A DNA stretch of 32,000 bases. Origin: Dickeya solani IPO 2222 (lineage in GTDB: Bacteria > Pseudomonadota > Gammaproteobacteria > Enterobacterales > Enterobacteriaceae). Below are positions 28,949 to 32,000 of the stretch, one piece after another. Below the pieces are notes generated by a model, which was given only the letters and a program-made list of their open reading frames with translations, had not been told where the DNA came from and searched no databases. Within the stretch, counting starts at the first letter, position 1. Every line of letters starts with the position of its first letter. The stretch is taken from the NCBI RefSeq assembly GCF_001644705.1, contig NZ_CP015137.1:480001-512000 (forward strand), read 5' to 3'. The position numbers and the translations under genes are program-made.

Positions 28949-30169
28949 ATGCAACCGATCAGTAACCCCGGCAATGTTTCCCTGCAGGGAGAAAAAACGC
29001 TGGAAACCGCGTTGTCGAAAACCGCGACATCCCAGACGGATGATTTACCGCTGACGCTGGCGCAACGCACCTCGCTGGAAAAGCTGGTGATGCAGATTTC
29101 CACCCTGAGCGGCGCCAAGCCGGCGGAAGTCTGGGCAACCGTGCGCGCAGAGCTCGGCACGAAAAATAACGCGGAATTGCTCGCCAGCCAGTTTCCGGCG
29201 GCCGAGCAGAGTTTGCAGAACCGACTGACGACCATACAAGGCTCGCAGGATAGCCGTCAGTTGCTGCAACAGCTGACCAGCCTGTTGTCGCAGGGAAATA
29301 ATCGTCAAGCCGTCAGCGATTTCATCCGCCAGCAGTTCGGCCACACCGTGTTGAGTTCGCTGACGCCGTCGCAGCTAAAGCTGGTGGTGACGCTGCTGCA
29401 AAACGGCCAGTTGCCGCAGGCCGCCACGCTGTTGTCCATAGGGGGCAATACCTCGGGGCTGCCGTTCGGCAATACCGCGACAGGGCAGCCGATCCAGTTT
29501 CCACAGACGCCTACCGCCACCACGATACCGCCACCGCTGCCGCAAACGTCTCAGCAACTGGCGGCGCTGTTACAAGCCGGCGTCGTTCCTGACGGGCTTA
29601 CCGCCAATTCATCACCGGCGGCAACCGCGCTGCTGGACCGCGCACTGCTGCCTGCGGAGCACAACCAGCTCAACCAGTTGGTGTCGAAACTGGTAGCGCT
29701 GACCGGCGAATCGCCGGGTAAAGTCTGGCAAACGCTGATGGACATGCAGGGATTGAAAACCGGCGACCCGATTCCGGCGAAGAACTTTCAGGTTTTAAGC
29801 CAGTTCCTCAATACCCAAAGCGTTCTGCTGCAGCAGCATACCCTGCCTACCTTGCATACGCTGCAGGCGGCGCTGAAACAGCCGCTCGATCAGCAGGAAC
29901 AACAACTGCTGCAGGACTTCATCCGCAGCACCCTGAATATCACACCGCAAACGCCGCTCACTCCTTCGCAAATCAGCGACGTGGTGACCTTCCTGTACCG
30001 CCGGCGGCTCCAGCAGATACAGGAAGCTGCCGCCGCGCCGATGCAACCGTTTATCAACCCGTTAATCGTGGCCTTGCCGCAGGAATGGCGGTCGCTGGTC
30101 AATAAACCCATTGGGCTGGCGCTGGTGGCAATCCTGGTGGTGGCCTTGCTGATGTGGGTAGTGCTGTAA
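28949..30169 (+). CDS. flk: Flk-like flagellar regulator (C-terminally tail-anchored, Gln-rich)
   Basis: The position between pdxB and fabB matches E. coli/Salmonella flk. The only hydrophobic segment is at the extreme C-terminus (GLALVAILVVALLMWVVL), as described for Flk. The motifs ..QRTSLEKLV.., ..FPAAEQSLQNRLTT.. and ..GNNRQAVSDFIRQQFG.. resemble my recollection of Salmonella Flk. An AAGGA SD lies 7 nt upstream. At 406 aa it is longer than the roughly 330 aa I remember. Confidence 0.75.
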   Translation: MQPISNPGNVSLQGEKTLETALSKTATSQTDDLPLTLAQRTSLEKLVMQISTLSGAKPAEVWATVRAELGTKNNAELLASQFPAAEQSLQNRLTTIQGSQDSRQLLQQLTSLLSQGNNRQAVSDFIRQQFGHTVLSSLTPSQLKLVVTLLQNGQLPQAATLLSIGGNTSGLPFGNTATGQPIQFPQTPTATTIPPPLPQTSQQLAALLQAGVVPDGLTANSSPAATALLDRALLPAEHNQLNQLVSKLVALTGESPGKVWQTLMDMQGLKTGDPIPAKNFQVLSQFLNTQSVLLQQHTLPTLHTLQAALKQPLDQQEQQLLQDFIRSTLNITPQTPLTPSQISDVVTFLYRRRLQQIQEAAAAPMQPFINPLIVALPQEWRSLVNKPIGLALVAILVVALLMWVVL

Positions 30170-30227
30170 CGCGGGAATGACGAGAGAGCGGCAGAGAAAA
30201 ATGGATTGACGGCAACGATCGTCAGAC

Positions 30228-30257
30228 AAAAAAATACCGGGCAAGCCCGGTATTTTT
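30228..30257. terminator. Bidirectional rho-independent terminator between flk and fabB
   Basis: AAAAAAA-ATACCGGG-caag-CCCGGTAT-TTTT (stem 30234-30241/30246-30253), between convergent genes. Confidence 0.8.
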
Positions 30258-30273
30258 GATTCGTTCACGGTTA

Positions 30274-31491
30274 TTACGCGTATTTGCGCATCACCAGCAC
30301 GGCGTTGGTGCCGCCGAACCCGAAACCGTTAGACATCACGGTAGTCAGGTTACGCTCGGTCGGCTCAGTGACGACGTTCATACCCTGTGCCTGCTCGTCC
30401 AGCGTCTCAACGTTGATGCTCGGCGCGATGAAGCCGTGCTCCAGCATTAGCAGCGTATAAATGGCTTCCTGCACGCCCGCAGCGCCCAGCGAGTGACCGG
30501 TCATGGCTTTGGTGGAAGAGATCGGCGGAACGTTGTCGCCGAAAACCTGACGGATCGCCCACAGCTCTTTCACATCGCCTACCGGCGTTGAGGTGCCGTG
30601 AGTATTGATGTAATCCACCGGGGTATCGACATCCTGCAGTGCCAGCTTCATGCAGCGCGCCGCGCCTTCACCTGACGGTGCCACCATGTCGGCGCCATCG
30701 GACGTCGCACCATAGCCAACCACTTCGGCATAGATGTGCGCACCGCGCGCCAGCGCGTGCTCCAGCTCTTCCACCACCACAATACCGCCGCCGCCGGCGA
30801 TAACGAAACCGTCGCGATCCGCGTCATAAGTACGGGAAGCGCGTTCCGGCGTCTCGTTGTATTTAGTGGACAGCGCGCCCATGGCGTCAAATTCGCACGC
30901 CAGTTCCCAGCACAGCTCTTCGCCGCCGCCGGCAAACACGATGTCCTGCTTGCCCATCTGAATCTGCTCAACCGCGTTGCCGATGCAGTGTGCGGATGTC
31001 GCACAGGCGGAGCTGATGGAGTAGTTTACGCCGTAGATTTTAAACGGCGTTGCCAGACAAGCGGATACGCCGGAGGCCATCGCCTTGGTCACCACATAGG
31101 GACCGACCGCTTTCAGGCCGCGCGGGCTACGCATGGCGTCAGCGCCAAACACCTGGAAACGCGGGGAACCGCCGCCGGAACCCACGATCAACCCGACGCG
31201 CGGATTGTTCTGGTAGGTCTCATCGGTCAGCCCGGAATCCTTGACGGCTTCCTCCATGCACAGGTAAGCGTAAATAGAGGCATCGCTCATGAAACGTACA
31301 ACTTTACGTTCAATCAGACCCGCCGTATCCAGCTTGACGTTACCCCAGACGTGACTACGCATGCCGGAATCTTTCAGCTCTTCGGAGAAAGTGATGCCGG
31401 AACGGCCTTCACGCAGGGACGCCAGCACTTCCTCTTTGTTATTACCGATACTGGACAGAATTCCCAGACCCGTAATCACCGCACGTTTCAT
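30274..31491 (-). CDS. fabB: 3-oxoacyl-ACP synthase I
   Basis: The 405-aa [58 protein letters not shown]...[14 protein letters not shown]... is near-identical to remembered E. coli FabB, including the active-site Cys context. Confidence 0.98.
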   Translation of the reverse strand: MKRAVITGLGILSSIGNNKEEVLASLREGRSGITFSEELKDSGMRSHVWGNVKLDTAGLIERKVVRFMSDASIYAYLCMEEAVKDSGLTDETYQNNPRVGLIVGSGGGSPRFQVFGADAMRSPRGLKAVGPYVVTKAMASGVSACLATPFKIYGVNYSISSACATSAHCIGNAVEQIQMGKQDIVFAGGGEELCWELACEFDAMGALSTKYNETPERASRTYDADRDGFVIAGGGGIVVVEELEHALARGAHIYAEVVGYGATSDGADMVAPSGEGAARCMKLALQDVDTPVDYINTHGTSTPVGDVKELWAIRQVFGDNVPPISSTKAMTGHSLGAAGVQEAIYTLLMLEHGFIAPSINVETLDEQAQGMNVVTEPTERNLTTVMSNGFGFGGTNAVLVMRKYA

Positions 31492-31537
31492 TCAATACCT
31501 CTTCCGCTTGTAGAGTTTGGATTTAGCACCGCACTTT

Positions 31538-31555
31538 AGCGTACAGTTGTAAGCT
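31538..31555 (-). promoter_or_regulatory. Candidate FabR operator in the fabB promoter
   Basis: AGCGTACAGTTGTAAGCT is an imperfect palindrome (AGCnTACA..TGTAnGCT). It closely resembles the remembered E. coli fabB/fabA FabR site AGCGTACACTTGTACGC and lies 47-64 nt upstream of the fabB ATG. Confidence 0.55.
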
Positions 31556-31571
31556 GAACAAGTCCGATCAG
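31556..31571 (-). promoter_or_regulatory. Candidate FadR activator site in the fabB promoter
   Basis: The minus strand reads CTGATCGGACTTGTTC directly upstream of the FabR dyad. It matches the remembered fabA/fabB FadR sites (..CTGATCGGACTTGTTC..). Confidence 0.55.
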
Positions 31572-31649
31572 ACTAACTTTTCTCAAATTTGCGACTTAAT
31601 AAACCGCTCGCTAAAATCGCGCCACCGCTTGAATAATGAGTTATTTGTC

Positions 31650-32000
31650 GTGACAAGCCCTTCTATCCAGCATGCAGACGTGAACTGGAACGCTCAGGGT
31701 ACACCTGTATCGCAACAGTTTGATGACGTTTACTTCTCTAACCAGGATGGACTGGCGGAAACCCGCTATGTCTTTCTGCAGGGCAACGGTTTTCCACAGC
31801 GTTTTCTTGCGCATCCCGGCCCGGACTGCACCGTGGCGGAAACCGGCTTTGGCACCGGGCTGAATTTCCTGACGTTATGGCAGGCGTTCGAGCAGTTTTG
31901 CCAGCAACAACCGGATGCCACGCTGCAACGGCTGCACTTCATCAGTTTTGAGAAATTTCCGCTGCGCCAGTCGGACCTGGCCGCCGCGCATGCCAGTTGG
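31650..32000 (+). CDS. mnmC: Bifunctional tRNA (mnm5s2U34) methyltransferase / FAD-dependent cmnm5s2U34 oxidoreductase MnmC, N-terminal part; continues off the right edge
   Basis: From the GTG at 31650 the translation reads [52 protein letters not shown]...[20 protein letters not shown]...[11 protein letters not shown]. It is collinear with the remembered E. coli MnmC (YfcK) N-terminus. The frame is open to the window end, and the start codon choice is tentative. Confidence 0.88.
   Translation, partial: MTSPSIQHADVNWNAQGTPVSQQFDDVYFSNQDGLAETRYVFLQGNGFPQRFLAHPGPDCTVAETGFGTGLNFLTLWQAFEQFCQQQPDATLQRLHFISFEKFPLRQSDLAAAHASW

Noticed and set aside
30736-31539. 267-codon plus-strand ORF antisense to fabB. 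Similar antisense ORFs lie opposite yfbS (3630-4420), hisM/hisQ (15980-17030), dedD (21325-21918), accD (23615-24250) and pdxB (27465-28046).
   Set aside because: All are embedded opposite strongly supported genes and have Arg/His/Gly-rich low-complexity translations.
1-32000. Search for CRISPR arrays, IS elements or transposases, integrases, prophage genes, tRNA/rRNA genes, REP/ERIC elements, TA pairs or defence-system gene clusters
   Set aside because: None was seen. Every ORF of meaningful length is accounted for by a conserved housekeeping gene. The only repeats are short (15-bp tandems in dedD and upstream of flk, and heptamers at 6389-6429). GTGAATCC at about 7734-7741 matches the start of ERIC, but the rest of the element is absent.

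Overview
This window is a contiguous, conserved block of enterobacterial core chromosome. Its gene order is the one I know from E. coli K-12 b2289-b2324: lrhA(partial)<, alaA>, yfbR>, yfbS<, yfbT<, yfbU<, yfbV<, ackA>, pta>, yfcD<, yfcE<, yfcG>, yfcH>, hisP<, hisM<, hisQ<, hisJ<, ubiX<, purF<, cvpA<, dedD<, folC<, accD<, dedA<, truA<, usg<, pdxB<, flk>, fabB<, mnmC(partial)>. All identifications rest on reading the supplied translations against remembered E. coli/Salmonella orthologues and on synteny. No database search was possible. Seven track ORFs carry spurious N-terminal extensions, and I moved their starts to the homologous, SD-preceded start codon (yfbS, yfbU, yfbV, yfcE, hisQ, ubiX, pdxB). 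Composition (mid-50s %GC by eye) and the LrhA/PecT-type regulator suggest a Dickeya-like Pectobacteriaceae genome, but that is inference. I see no CRISPR array, transposase, integrase, phage gene, toxin-antitoxin pair or defence island, so I cannot support the idea that a novel multi-gene system is encoded here. The less ordinary material is mostly non-coding. (1) A 1.33-kb AT-rich, ORF-free spacer upstream of lrhA/pecT contains a 10-nt complement to the conserved ArcZ sRNA seed about 40 nt before the start codon. (2) An orphan long hairpin plus U-tract sits in the yfbV-ackA spacer. (3) An atypically GC-rich 491-bp pdxB-flk spacer carries a 15-bp tandem repeat and an ORF that stops inside the flk SD. 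(4) Flk is enlarged and shows a clear internal two-fold duplication. (5) DedD has a repeat-expanded linker. Recognisable regulatory sites are also listed: a PurR box, a sigma54 promoter with an NtrC enhancer for the his transport operon, FadR/FabR sites at fabB, and several intrinsic terminators.
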